This document shows, in pieces, positions 27,099-35,361 of a DNA stretch of 64,000 nt. This DNA is from Negativicutes bacterium (GTDB lineage Bacteria; Bacillota; Negativicutes; Sporomusales; JAOACF01). Where the stretch lies: positions 1,737 to 65,736 of the forward strand of contig JAOACF010000003.1 of the NCBI GenBank assembly GCA_026417995.1. The letters run 5' to 3'. The notes under the pieces were generated by a model that was given only the letters and a program-made list of their open reading frames with translations, had not been told where the DNA came from and searched no databases. The position numbers and the translations under genes are program-made. The number at the start of each line of letters is the position of its first letter. Position 1 is the stretch's first letter.

Positions 27099-27617
27099 GT
27101 GGACTTACTAACGCAAGCCAATGCGATCATTATGGGCAATCTCCAGTATATATTGCTGGCTATGACCGCTATGATTCTTCTGGCACTAATCGTGTTTATC
27201 AATATTAATCTGAAATTAAACCGCTTGAATAAGCGTTACCGTACTATGATGCAGGGGATGGATGGGCGAAACCTGGAAGATTTGCTGCTTACCCACATTG
27301 AAGATGTCAGGCATGCCCTGAAAAAAGTGGATGCATTGGCGAAAGAGCAGCAGCGGCTGGCGGCCATAAGCGCGACTTGCATCCAGCGGGTGGGTATCGT
27401 GCGTTTCAACGCTTTCGATGATACCGGCAGCGACCTCAGTTTTGCCGTGGCCATGCTGGACGCACAAAATAACGGCGTGGTCGTTTCCAGCATTTTCGGG
27501 CGCAGCGAATCCCGCACCTATGCAAAACCGATCGTTGCGGGCCAGTCCGCCTACTTTCTGACCGAAGAGGAAAGACAAGCCTTGTCGAAAGCACAGGAAA
27601 AATGTTCTAAACCGTAG
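27099..27617 (+). CDS. DUF4446 family protein
   Basis: N-terminal TM helix, ...VGIVRFNAFDDTGSDLSFAVAMLD...GVVVSSIFGR. Confidence 0.7.
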   Translation: MDLLTQANAIIMGNLQYILLAMTAMILLALIVFININLKLNRLNKRYRTMMQGMDGRNLEDLLLTHIEDVRHALKKVDALAKEQQRLAAISATCIQRVGIVRFNAFDDTGSDLSFAVAMLDAQNNGVVVSSIFGRSESRTYAKPIVAGQSAYFLTEEERQALSKAQEKCSKP

Positions 27618-27729
27618 GCAGGATATTAATGCCAAATGCCGAATAAAAATAAGACCAAGCTCAAAAACTACGTTGTATATTCTGTAGGAGCTTTCTTGAG
27701 CAGTTTCGTGGCGAAAGGAAGGTGAAGGT

Positions 27730-28665
27730 GTGGCATCAACACTGCCAATACCGGAAAAAAAACCGGACAAACGCGAGTATACAATTATGGTCGTACCCCA
27801 TCACGGGCAATCTGTGAGGAGTATACGCATCCCGATCAGCGCCATCAAATGCGGCGTTGGCATCCTGTCAGTAGCGGCGCTGATTTTAGGCGGCATGTTT
27901 ATCAACTACCGGCATACGGTGCATACAGCTAACGCCGAGAAGGCGGAACTGGAGAAGCTGCGGCAGGTTAACAATTTCCAGGTCAAACAGATTGAGCAGC
28001 TGGCGAAGGCAACAAGCGTCCTGCAAGAGGACATGGCCCGTCTCAATAAGCTTGACGCGGAAGTTCGACGCATGCTGAATAATGAAGAAACCGGCGTATC
28101 CCGGTCAGGCAGCGCGCGGCCCGGCAGCAATGCATCGGGCGGACAGGGAGGGCCTACAGCGCCGCCCAAAGTTGACGAATTGCTTGCTTTGGTGAATGAT
28201 TTACAGGCAAACGCCAAGGCGCGCGAGCAAAGCCTTAAGAATCTGCGGGATGCATTGTCGGAACGCAACGCAAGGCTGGCGGCTACACCCTCAATATGGC
28301 CGGCAAGCGGCGAAGTCACCTCCCGTTTTGGCTGGCGCAGCTCACCTTGGGGCTGGGGAAGCGACTGGCATCCCGGTATTGATATTGCCAATGATTATGG
28401 CACGCCGATTGCAGCTACCGCGGCCGGAGAGGTTGTATTCAGCGGCTGGTATGGCGGATACGGCCAAATGATCCGCATTGACCATGGCAATGGCATTGAA
28501 ACTGTCTACGCCCATAATGCCGAAAATCTAGTAAGACCGGGACAATATGTAAAGAAAGGCGACGTAATCGCTTATATGGGAAGTACCGGTGCCAGCACCG
28601 GCACGCATCTTCATTACGAAGTGCGGGTGAACGGCACGGCGGTCAACCCGGCTAATTTTCTGTAA
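27730..28665 (+). CDS. M23 family metallopeptidase
   Basis: HPGIDIA...GYGQMIRIDHGNGIETVYAH...GSTGASTGTHLHYEV. Confidence 0.88.
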   Translation: MASTLPIPEKKPDKREYTIMVVPHHGQSVRSIRIPISAIKCGVGILSVAALILGGMFINYRHTVHTANAEKAELEKLRQVNNFQVKQIEQLAKATSVLQEDMARLNKLDAEVRRMLNNEETGVSRSGSARPGSNASGGQGGPTAPPKVDELLALVNDLQANAKAREQSLKNLRDALSERNARLAATPSIWPASGEVTSRFGWRSSPWGWGSDWHPGIDIANDYGTPIAATAAGEVVFSGWYGGYGQMIRIDHGNGIETVYAHNAENLVRPGQYVKKGDVIAYMGSTGASTGTHLHYEVRVNGTAVNPANFL

Positions 28666-28686
28666 TCGCTGAGGGGAGAGGAAACG

Positions 28687-29097
28687 ATGTTTGGCGGCAA
28701 AAAGGTTACCGCGTCTTTTGGTGAACAAATCGAAACAATTATCGGCAAAGATACACAGCTTAAAGGGTCCTTAACTTCCTCCGGGACAATTCGGTTAGAC
28801 GGTCATTTTGAAGGCGAAGTCGCAACAACGGGCGATATTATTGTGGGTGAGGCCGGCAACCTCAAAGTCCAAGTTAAAGCCCGCAACGCCACAATCGCCG
28901 GTATTGTCAACGGCAACATGGATATTGCGGAAAAACTGGAACTGCTCCCAACAGCCAAACTGTATGGCGATATCAAAGTTGGCACGCTGATTATCGGTGA
29001 AGGCGCCACATTTAAGGGCGCATGCGAAATGCGCCGCGAAAGCGCGGGCCCCGTGCCGAAAGAAGCTGACAAGGCGGCAGCCACGCTAAAGTCGTAA
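28687..29097 (+). CDS. Bactofilin (polymer-forming cytoskeletal protein)
   Basis: Beta-helical repeat pattern GSLTSSGTIRLDGHFEGEVATTGDIIVGEAGNLKVQV.... Confidence 0.85.
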   Translation: MFGGKKVTASFGEQIETIIGKDTQLKGSLTSSGTIRLDGHFEGEVATTGDIIVGEAGNLKVQVKARNATIAGIVNGNMDIAEKLELLPTAKLYGDIKVGTLIIGEGATFKGACEMRRESAGPVPKEADKAAATLKS

Positions 29098-29114
29098 AGA
29101 TTTATAGTAAGAAT

Positions 29115-29165
29115 AAGCACCTCTGCGCAAACTAGATTCATCTAGCTGCAGGAGGTGCTTTTTAT
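29115..29165 (+). terminator. Intrinsic terminator after the bactofilin gene
   Basis: AAGCACCTCTGC...GCAGGAGGTGCTT stem (12 bp with one bulge, and an inner CTAGA-TTCA-TCTAG hairpin) followed by TTTTT. Confidence 0.7.
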
Positions 29166-29442
29166 ATTCGGCGTAATTTCGGTTGAAACAGGTCTGGACG
29201 AGATTAAGGCGCACTTGGAAAAGGCAGGCTATACCGTAGTCGATATGTCGGAAGCCCCGGGCGCTGTCGAGGCAGTCATTTATACCGGTCCGGAAAGTGG
29301 CTGTGCGGAACCGGGCATTAGTTCCTGCAAGGAGCTTTATACCGTCATGATTAACGCAGCCGGACTGACGCCTGAGGAAGTGGCCGCTAAGCTGGCTTTC
29401 CGCCTGAACGAACGTAATGTGCAGGACCTGTCGTTAAGCTAG
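29155..29442 (+). CDS. YkuS (UPF0180)-family small protein, paralog 1; start codon unresolved
   Basis: ...ISVETGLDEIKAHLEKAGYTVVDM aligns with paralog 2. The track start GTG 29155 lies inside the terminator stem/SD-like GGAGGTG. See findings. Confidence 0.55.
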   Translation: MLFIFGVISVETGLDEIKAHLEKAGYTVVDMSEAPGAVEAVIYTGPESGCAEPGISSCKELYTVMINAAGLTPEEVAAKLAFRLNERNVQDLSLS

Positions 29443-29496
29443 GCCTGCATAGACAAAAGAAAAAACTGCAATACTAAAACCCGGAGGTGACTGATC

Positions 29497-29733
29497 ATGT
29501 ATGGTCTGGTAGCGGTGGAAAAAAACTTGTCTAATATCGTAGATTTATTGGAGGCACAAGGATACGACGTGGTAGCGATCGATGAGGCCGATCTTGCCGA
29601 AGTTGACGCCATTGTCATCAGCGGCGCAGATGCAAATCTGATGAATATTCAGGATGTTGCCGCCGAAGTTCCGGTAATCAATGCAGCAGGCAAAACATCG
29701 GATGAAATTTTGCAAGAGTTAAACCGCATATAA
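29497..29733 (+). CDS. YkuS (UPF0180)-family small protein, paralog 2
   Basis: MYGLVAVEKNLSNIVDLLEAQGYDVVAID; SD GGAGGTG. Confidence 0.75.
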   Translation: MYGLVAVEKNLSNIVDLLEAQGYDVVAIDEADLAEVDAIVISGADANLMNIQDVAAEVPVINAAGKTSDEILQELNRI

Positions 29734-29747
29734 AAATATATAAAAAT

Positions 29748-29785
29748 GAAAGTCAGAACCGGTAAGCTAGGTTCTGACTTTTTAA
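29748..29785 (+). terminator. Intrinsic terminator
   Basis: AAGTCAGAACC-GGTAAGCTA-GGTTCTGACTT followed by TTT. Confidence 0.8.
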
Positions 29786-29902
29786 ATATAGGATAGCATA
29801 AGTTTTCCGGCTTCGGCGATCGTCATGCGCGCTTAATGGTGCCGCGTAACCTCCGCTTTACATAACGTTCTGCTCCGCTCAAGTGTTGTCATAAGGCTGT
29901 GC

Positions 29903-29925
29903 GGCCCGCGTCCGCGGGTTTTTAA
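29903..29925 (+). terminator. Plus-strand GC hairpin plus T5 with no annotated gene upstream
   Basis: GGCCCGCG-TC-CGCGGGTT followed by TTT. The orientation fits the plus strand, not yyaC. Confidence 0.45.
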
Positions 29926-29933
29926 AATTCCGC

Positions 29934-30506
29934 TTAATGTAGCCTTAAGCAGTAGGAAAGGCCTTGCGCGATGGTTTCCGCCATGCGCATTACCAGATTG
30001 AGGCGCGTGCTTTGTAAAACGAGATGTTCCATGAAGCCGCCGACATTGACGATTCCGGTAATATAGATATCGCCGACAGGCGGCAGATCTTTGTTAACTG
30101 CGGCGCCGGGCTTTAACGACCCGCGCCCGATGGAAACATAGCCGATATTTTCCATTCGTCCCAGGCAGGCATCCACGGCAACAATGAACGGATTATGATA
30201 ATTTTCGCGGATGCGGTCAAGTGTAGCCGGAAGATTGGTGGCGTGCACCGGATCGTCCAGAGTGCCTAAGATATGCGGATATGCAACCAGTGTTTGCAGT
30301 TTTGTGCCTGTGAGCGGACCAAGCGAATCGCCTGTAGAGCGGTCCGTGCCGATACACAGGATAATGATTTCCCGGCCGTATGCTTTGGCCTCTAAAGCAT
30401 GCCTGCGGAAGGTAAGCGCAATTTCCTGCGTCGCCTGGGGATGAGCGGTATTAATTTTCGCTTCTTGCGGCTGCGCGGACTCAAGGGAAAATAATTTGCT
30501 TAGCAT
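29934..30506 (-). CDS. yyaC: Spore protease YyaC (DUF1256)
   Basis: ILCIGTDRSTGDSLGPLTG...VDACLG...ITGIVNVGGFMEH. Confidence 0.85.
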   Translation of the reverse strand: MLSKLFSLESAQPQEAKINTAHPQATQEIALTFRRHALEAKAYGREIIILCIGTDRSTGDSLGPLTGTKLQTLVAYPHILGTLDDPVHATNLPATLDRIRENYHNPFIVAVDACLGRMENIGYVSIGRGSLKPGAAVNKDLPPVGDIYITGIVNVGGFMEHLVLQSTRLNLVMRMAETIAQGLSYCLRLH

Positions 30507-30678
30507 GCGTCACCCCTAATTTGGCGCTAGTAGTTAGCTTGATTAGATATTATTACCATTATGCGCAAATTAGCCGGGAACTATTCATTGCTGACAGGAG
30601 ATACGGCGGGCTGATGGGAATTATATAAATAAGACTGACAATCAATGCGATATCGGTATGGAATGATGGAGGATCTGT

Positions 30679-32076
30679 ATGGCAGAGTTTAAGGCAGCAC
30701 TGCGAGAAATTCCGGCGATTGACAAACTGCTTCAGGCCGCTGCCGGCGATGATGGTTTCGCCGGATTGGAGCGCAAAGCGGTCACTGAGGCCTTGCGCGC
30801 GGCGGTGGACGAAGCACGCAAGGCAATTATGAGCGGCGGCGATAGGGATGTATCCATTAAGGGAATATTGGATGCGGCCAGGCGCAAGCTGGCAGTGATG
30901 CTGCGGCCAACGCTGCGGCGAGTGATCAATGCTACCGGCGTCGTGCTGCATACCAACCTCGGCCGCGCTCCTTTAAGCGCGCGCGCCCAGGCGTCGGTAG
31001 TCGAAGTCATGAACGGATACAGCACGCTGGAATATGATCTGGTAACAGGGGAGAGAGGCAGCCGTTACTCGCACATACGCGAGCTCATTTGCCGTTTGAC
31101 CGGCGCGGAAGACGCGCTTGCGGTAAACAACAATGCGGCGGCGGTTGTCCTGGCGGTTTCGGCCGTCGGCGCGGGGCGCGAAGTAATTGTCAGCCGGGGC
31201 GAACTGGTAGAAGTAGGCGGCAGCTTTCGCATTCCCGACGTAATAAGCCAAAGCGGCGCCCGCCTGGTGGAAGTGGGAACAACCAATAAAACACATATTG
31301 CCGACTACCGGGCAGCCATTACGCCGGACACGGCAGCGCTGCTGAAGGTGCATACCAGCAATTACCGGATCGTTGGTTTTACCGCCCAGCCGGACGCCGC
31401 CGAACTGGTTGCCCTAGGCGAGGAGTTCGGTCTGCCGGTGATTGAAGACCTGGGCAGCGGCACGTTGTTGCCAGTAGAGGCGGGAGACTGGCGCGAACCT
31501 TCGGTTGCGGAACGGGTGGCGGCTGGTTTCAGCATCGTAACCTTTAGCGGCGATAAGCTGTTCGGCGCGGGGCAGGCCGGGATTATCGCCGGTAAAAAGG
31601 TTTACATTGATAAAATGAAAAAACATCCGCTGCTTAGGGCCTTCCGTATTGATAAGCTTTCGCTCGCCTCGCTGGAAGGGACGCTTATAGACTATGCCTG
31701 GGGCAACCCAGTATGTGATATCCCGGTGCAGCGCATGCTAAGAGCTGACCCGGAAGTTCTTAAAACCAGTGCGGCAAGGCTTGCCGCCATACTAAAGGAA
31801 CAGGCGCCGGATTGGTCCGTTCGGGTTACGCCTACGGCCTCCCCTGCCGGCGGCGGCTCGCTGCCGGCCGTCAATCTGGCTGGCTATGGCGTCAGTGTGT
31901 CGCCGCGGACGGTGTCGGCCGCGGCCGCGGAGATAATGCTGCGCAAGCGGGATGTTCCGGTGATTGCCAGAATACAGGATAACCGGCTGTTGTTTGATGT
32001 CCGCTGCCTGCGGGAGGAAGACTTTGCGGAGATTGGCCTGGCCTGCGCAGAAATAGCGAAAGGGGAAAGCATGTGA
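30679..32076 (+). CDS. selA: L-seryl-tRNA(Sec) selenium transferase
   Basis: VINATGVVLHTNLGRAPLS, FSGDKLFGAGQAGII (PLP lysine). Confidence 0.93.
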   Translation: MAEFKAALREIPAIDKLLQAAAGDDGFAGLERKAVTEALRAAVDEARKAIMSGGDRDVSIKGILDAARRKLAVMLRPTLRRVINATGVVLHTNLGRAPLSARAQASVVEVMNGYSTLEYDLVTGERGSRYSHIRELICRLTGAEDALAVNNNAAAVVLAVSAVGAGREVIVSRGELVEVGGSFRIPDVISQSGARLVEVGTTNKTHIADYRAAITPDTAALLKVHTSNYRIVGFTAQPDAAELVALGEEFGLPVIEDLGSGTLLPVEAGDWREPSVAERVAAGFSIVTFSGDKLFGAGQAGIIAGKKVYIDKMKKHPLLRAFRIDKLSLASLEGTLIDYAWGNPVCDIPVQRMLRADPEVLKTSAARLAAILKEQAPDWSVRVTPTASPAGGGSLPAVNLAGYGVSVSPRTVSAAAAEIMLRKRDVPVIARIQDNRLLFDVRCLREEDFAEIGLACAEIAKGESM

Positions 32077-33950
32077 AGTATATTATTATCGGCACCGCCG
32101 GACATGTGGATCATGGAAAATCGGCCCTGATCAAGGCGCTGACCGGCACAGACACCGACAGGCTTAAAGAGGAAAAAGAACGGGGCATATCCATTGATCT
32201 TGGTTTTGCCTCGCTCAGTCTGTCAGAGGACATTGCCGCCGGTATTGTCGATGTGCCGGGACATGAACGGTTTCTGAAAAATATGCTCGCCGGCACCGGC
32301 GGCATTGATCTTGCCTTGTTGACAATCGCCGCCGATGAAGGTGTCATGCCGCAGACGCGTGAACATTTAGCCATGCTGCAGCTTTATGGCGTCAAGCACG
32401 GCGTGGTGGTTATCAACAAAATTGACAAGGTTGATCAGGAATGGCTGGCTCTTGTCAGGGAAGAAGCGGCGGATGTTCTGCGGGATACATTTTTGGCGAA
32501 CGCGCCGGTTTGTTATGTTTCGGCAATTACCGGCGCAGGCTTGCCAGAGCTGAGAAATGTTCTCGCCGCCACTGCCCGCCAAATTTCACCGCGCGACGCC
32601 AGGGCGCCTTTTCGCATGTGGCTTGACCGGGTATTTTCGGTTAAAGGCCACGGTGCGGTTGTGACCGGCTCGGTTCTCAGCGGCCAAGCCAAAGTCGGCG
32701 ATACGCTGACGCTCCTCCCGTCCGGCAAGCCGGTCAAAGTGCGCGGCCTGGAAACGCACGGCCGCAAAGTAGATGTGATTTACGCCGGGCAGCGTGCTGC
32801 TTTCAACTTGAGCGGCGTTGACAAGGAAGAAATGGGGCGCGGCATGGCCCTGACCGCAGCCGGACGCGGGCAGGTTGCCAGGGTCTGGGATGTTGCGGTC
32901 GAGTGGCGGCAAAAGATGGAGAACGTCCGGGGGCGCCTGCATTTGGGGACAGGGGAATTTATCGGTAGAATTTACAAACCGCAGCGCAGTCCGGCAGGGC
33001 AATACCGACTGGCGCTGGAGGAGCCTATAGGCGCAGGTGCGGGCGATAAGGGAATTTTGCGATTGTATTCGCCGCAGCACTTGCTGGGAGGAGTGGTGAT
33101 GCTGGGGGCGGTCCTGGGACAAGGGCGGGAATATCCAAATCGCCTGCCGCTTGCCGCCGCGCTGGACAAAGCTGACGGGCGTGCGGCGGCGGCCGCCATT
33201 CTATCCTGGCAAAAGCGGCCGGTGACGGCGGATGAAATCAGGCAGGAGGCAGGCTATTTGCCTGATGACATTCTGGAAAGCGGCATTGCCGGGCTTGTTG
33301 CCGACGGGCAAGTGATCAAACTGGAACGGTTTTATCTGACAAAAGTGCTGCTGACGACGCTGGGCAGCCATCTGTTTAGCATGCTTGACAGTTACCACCG
33401 TCTTAATCCCAGTCGGTTCGGCGCGCCGAAAGAGGAGCTGAGGCAAAAGCTGGGCATTGAGGACAAAGTGTTTGAAGTGCTGCTGCAGCATTTTATCCAG
33501 GATAACCAGATCACTGCCCAGGGAGCGGAGGTGGCGCTACCCGCTCATGCCGGCAAGCATCAGGACTGGCAGCGCGATATAACGGGCGAAGTGGAACGCG
33601 CGCTCGCGGGCAGCGGCCTGATTGATGTCAGTCCGGCGCTGCTGGCAGAAAAGCTGGGCTTGTCGCCGGCTAACGCCCAAAAAGTTTGGGGGGCGCTAGT
33701 CAAGGAAAAGGTAATCATTCGCCTGGGAGAAATTCATGTATACAGAAAAACAATTCAAAACATTGTGGAGCTTATACAACGTCATTTCCGGAGTCATCCA
33801 GGCATTACCGTGGCGGAACTGCGTGATATGCTTAACACCACCCGCAAATTTGCTTTGCCGGTGCTTGAGTATATGGATGTGAATAAATATACAGTAAGAG
33901 ACGGCGACATACGAAGGCCTGGGCCGAAAATAAGGGATTTGTCAGAATAA
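32073..33950 (+). CDS. selB: Selenocysteine-specific elongation factor
   Basis: IIGTAGHVDHGKSALIKALTG, DVPGHERF, and a long winged-helix C-terminus. GTGA overlap with selA. Confidence 0.93.
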   Translation: MKYIIIGTAGHVDHGKSALIKALTGTDTDRLKEEKERGISIDLGFASLSLSEDIAAGIVDVPGHERFLKNMLAGTGGIDLALLTIAADEGVMPQTREHLAMLQLYGVKHGVVVINKIDKVDQEWLALVREEAADVLRDTFLANAPVCYVSAITGAGLPELRNVLAATARQISPRDARAPFRMWLDRVFSVKGHGAVVTGSVLSGQAKVGDTLTLLPSGKPVKVRGLETHGRKVDVIYAGQRAAFNLSGVDKEEMGRGMALTAAGRGQVARVWDVAVEWRQKMENVRGRLHLGTGEFIGRIYKPQRSPAGQYRLALEEPIGAGAGDKGILRLYSPQHLLGGVVMLGAVLGQGREYPNRLPLAAALDKADGRAAAAAILSWQKRPVTADEIRQEAGYLPDDILESGIAGLVADGQVIKLERFYLTKVLLTTLGSHLFSMLDSYHRLNPSRFGAPKEELRQKLGIEDKVFEVLLQHFIQDNQITAQGAEVALPAHAGKHQDWQRDITGEVERALAGSGLIDVSPALLAEKLGLSPANAQKVWGALVKEKVIIRLGEIHVYRKTIQNIVELIQRHFRSHPGITVAELRDMLNTTRKFALPVLEYMDVNKYTVRDGDIRRPGPKIRDLSE

Positions 33951-33970
33951 ACTATCTTTCTGTATGCATA

Positions 33971-33999
33971 TTGACAGCATAAGTTTTCGTTTTTATAAT
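33971..33999 (+). promoter_or_regulatory. Consensus sigmaA promoter of the glutamate synthase operon
   Basis: TTGACA, 17 nt spacer, TATAAT. Confidence 0.7.
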
Positions 34000-34061
34000 T
34001 AGGATTATCAAGAACATTGTAATCTAGAAGTGTTTAACAGAAGAACATTTGTTTTAGGGGA

Positions 34062-34222
34062 GTGTGCCTAGGGTTCCGCATGACCAACGTCGTTCATGCC
34101 AGCGACACGCCGGTCATGGCTGCGACCGAGCGGCACTGGCGTTATGCGCTACACCGTGGGGATAAAAGACCCTGGCGGAAGGTCCCGGAGATATCCGGTA
34201 TTTTCCGCCAGAGGTCTTTTTA
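34062..34222 (+). promoter_or_regulatory. ykkC-family riboswitch with terminator expression platform (subtype 2a/ppGpp suggested by gene context)
   Basis: CTAGGGTTCCG (34068-34078). P1a CATGACC/GGTCATG. GCTGCGACCGAGCGG (34119-34133). ACACCGTGGGGATAAAAGACCCTGGCGGAAGGTCCCGGAGA (34151-34191). Terminator AGACCCTGGCGGAA / TTCCGCCAGAGGTCT plus T5 (34167-34221). Confidence 0.8.
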
Positions 34223-34254
34223 TTTTATTTTATTATGGTGGAGAGGTGAGAATT

Positions 34255-35361
34255 TTGTGCAGGATCGGCGCGCTTAAAAGCAAGCAGTATTTGCATCCGG
34301 CTCAGGCGCTGCGGTTGATGATCCCGCAGCAGGAAGGCCACGATAATTCGGGCTTTGCCATGGTGATTCAAGATCTCGGCGGCGTGTTTGGCAAGTATAA
34401 AGATAAGCCGCTCATGTCGCTGGCATGTACGCAAAAAGGGGCAAATCTGGTAGAAAACTATATGGAAACGCGCGGGTTTATCCAGATATTTGAATGGGTT
34501 CCGCCGGTTAATAAAGTCGCGGGTCTGGATATTAAAGCAATGCCCCACTATATTTACCGGGCTTATGATTATCCGGAGCACTATCGGAAAGCGTCCCCGG
34601 CGGCGAAGGAAGACCTTTTGCTTGATACCCGCCTGGCTGTCCGGGCGCTGCTGGAAAAAGATGAACAAGGCTATGTCTATTCCTTCTGGCCTGACGTCCT
34701 GACCTTAAAAGAAATCGGCGACCCGCGCGATATTGCGGTATACTTTCGCCTATGGGACGAGACCGGCGATATGATCGCCAAAAATATTGTTGTGCAGTGC
34801 CGTCAGAACACGAACTATGAAATTGTCCGCTATGCGGCGCATCCGTTCTTTATCCAGGGCTACACGCTGTGTGCCAACGGTGAAAACACGTTTTACACCA
34901 AGAACAAAGAGTATCAGCGTTCGCTGAACAAAGGCTATATTGGCTTTGAATCCGATTCGCAGAACTTTCTCTATTCCTTGCACTATGTGCTCAGGACTTT
35001 GAAGTGGCCGATCAAGTATTACAAGCACGTGATTACACCGCTGCCTTTTGCCGAAATTGAAAAACGCCCGGACCGTGACGTCCTGACGCTCATCCGCCAA
35101 ACATTGGGCCACCTGGAGATCAACGGGCCCAATACCATTATTGCCATGCTGCCGGACAGCAGCATGATGACCTGCTGCGATTCGAAAAAATTGCGCCCGG
35201 TAATCGTCGGCGGCGACGGCGAAACGATGGCAATCTCTTCGGAAGTGTGCGGCCTTAATACCATCTTGCCGCACCGCAACAAGGAACTGGATGTTTACCC
35301 GGGTGAGCGCGAAATTGTGGTAGTAACGCCGGAACTGGAGGTGCAGCGATGGAAACAGTAA
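34255..35361 (+). CDS. Glutamate synthase, class II glutamine amidotransferase domain protein (archaeal-type split GltB, part 1)
   Basis: Start trimmed to TTG 34255 giving M-CRIGAL... (N-terminal nucleophile Cys). SD GGAGAGGTGA. The upstream part of the track ORF is the riboswitch. Confidence 0.8.
   Translation: MCRIGALKSKQYLHPAQALRLMIPQQEGHDNSGFAMVIQDLGGVFGKYKDKPLMSLACTQKGANLVENYMETRGFIQIFEWVPPVNKVAGLDIKAMPHYIYRAYDYPEHYRKASPAAKEDLLLDTRLAVRALLEKDEQGYVYSFWPDVLTLKEIGDPRDIAVYFRLWDETGDMIAKNIVVQCRQNTNYEIVRYAAHPFFIQGYTLCANGENTFYTKNKEYQRSLNKGYIGFESDSQNFLYSLHYVLRTLKWPIKYYKHVITPLPFAEIEKRPDRDVLTLIRQTLGHLEINGPNTIIAMLPDSSMMTCCDSKKLRPVIVGGDGETMAISSEVCGLNTILPHRNKELDVYPGEREIVVVTPELEVQRWKQ

Noticed and set aside
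29796-29808. 13-nt identity AGCATAAGTTTTC shared between 29796-29808 and the glutamate synthase promoter spacer (33976-33988).
   Set aside because: Tens of 13-mer coincidences are expected in a 64-kb self-comparison, and the flanks do not extend the match.
30559-30951. 130-aa minus-strand ORF overlapping the selA start, and a 196-aa minus ORF at 57977-58567 antisense to the ABC substrate-binding gene.
   Set aside because: There are no initiation signals and the composition is odd. The opposite strand carries conserved, well-supported genes.
34008-34052. Possible GlnR/TnrA-type operator (TGTTTAACAGAAGAACA; direct repeats AGAACATTGT/AGAACATTTGT) between the promoter and the riboswitch.
   Set aside because: Two of the eight conserved positions of TGTNAN7TNACA are wrong. 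I cannot distinguish it from chance without a PWM and genome-wide comparison.
30507-34060. Search for tRNA-Sec (selC) next to selA/selB and elsewhere in the intergenic gaps.
   Set aside because: No cloverleaf-compatible sequence with a UCA anticodon loop or long extra arm was found by eye. It is presumably encoded outside the window.
34062-34254. Track ORFs 34062-34277 and the 5' part of 34096-35361.
   Set aside because: This stretch is the ykkC-family riboswitch and its terminator. The amidotransferase must begin with Met-Cys, which is found at TTG 34255.
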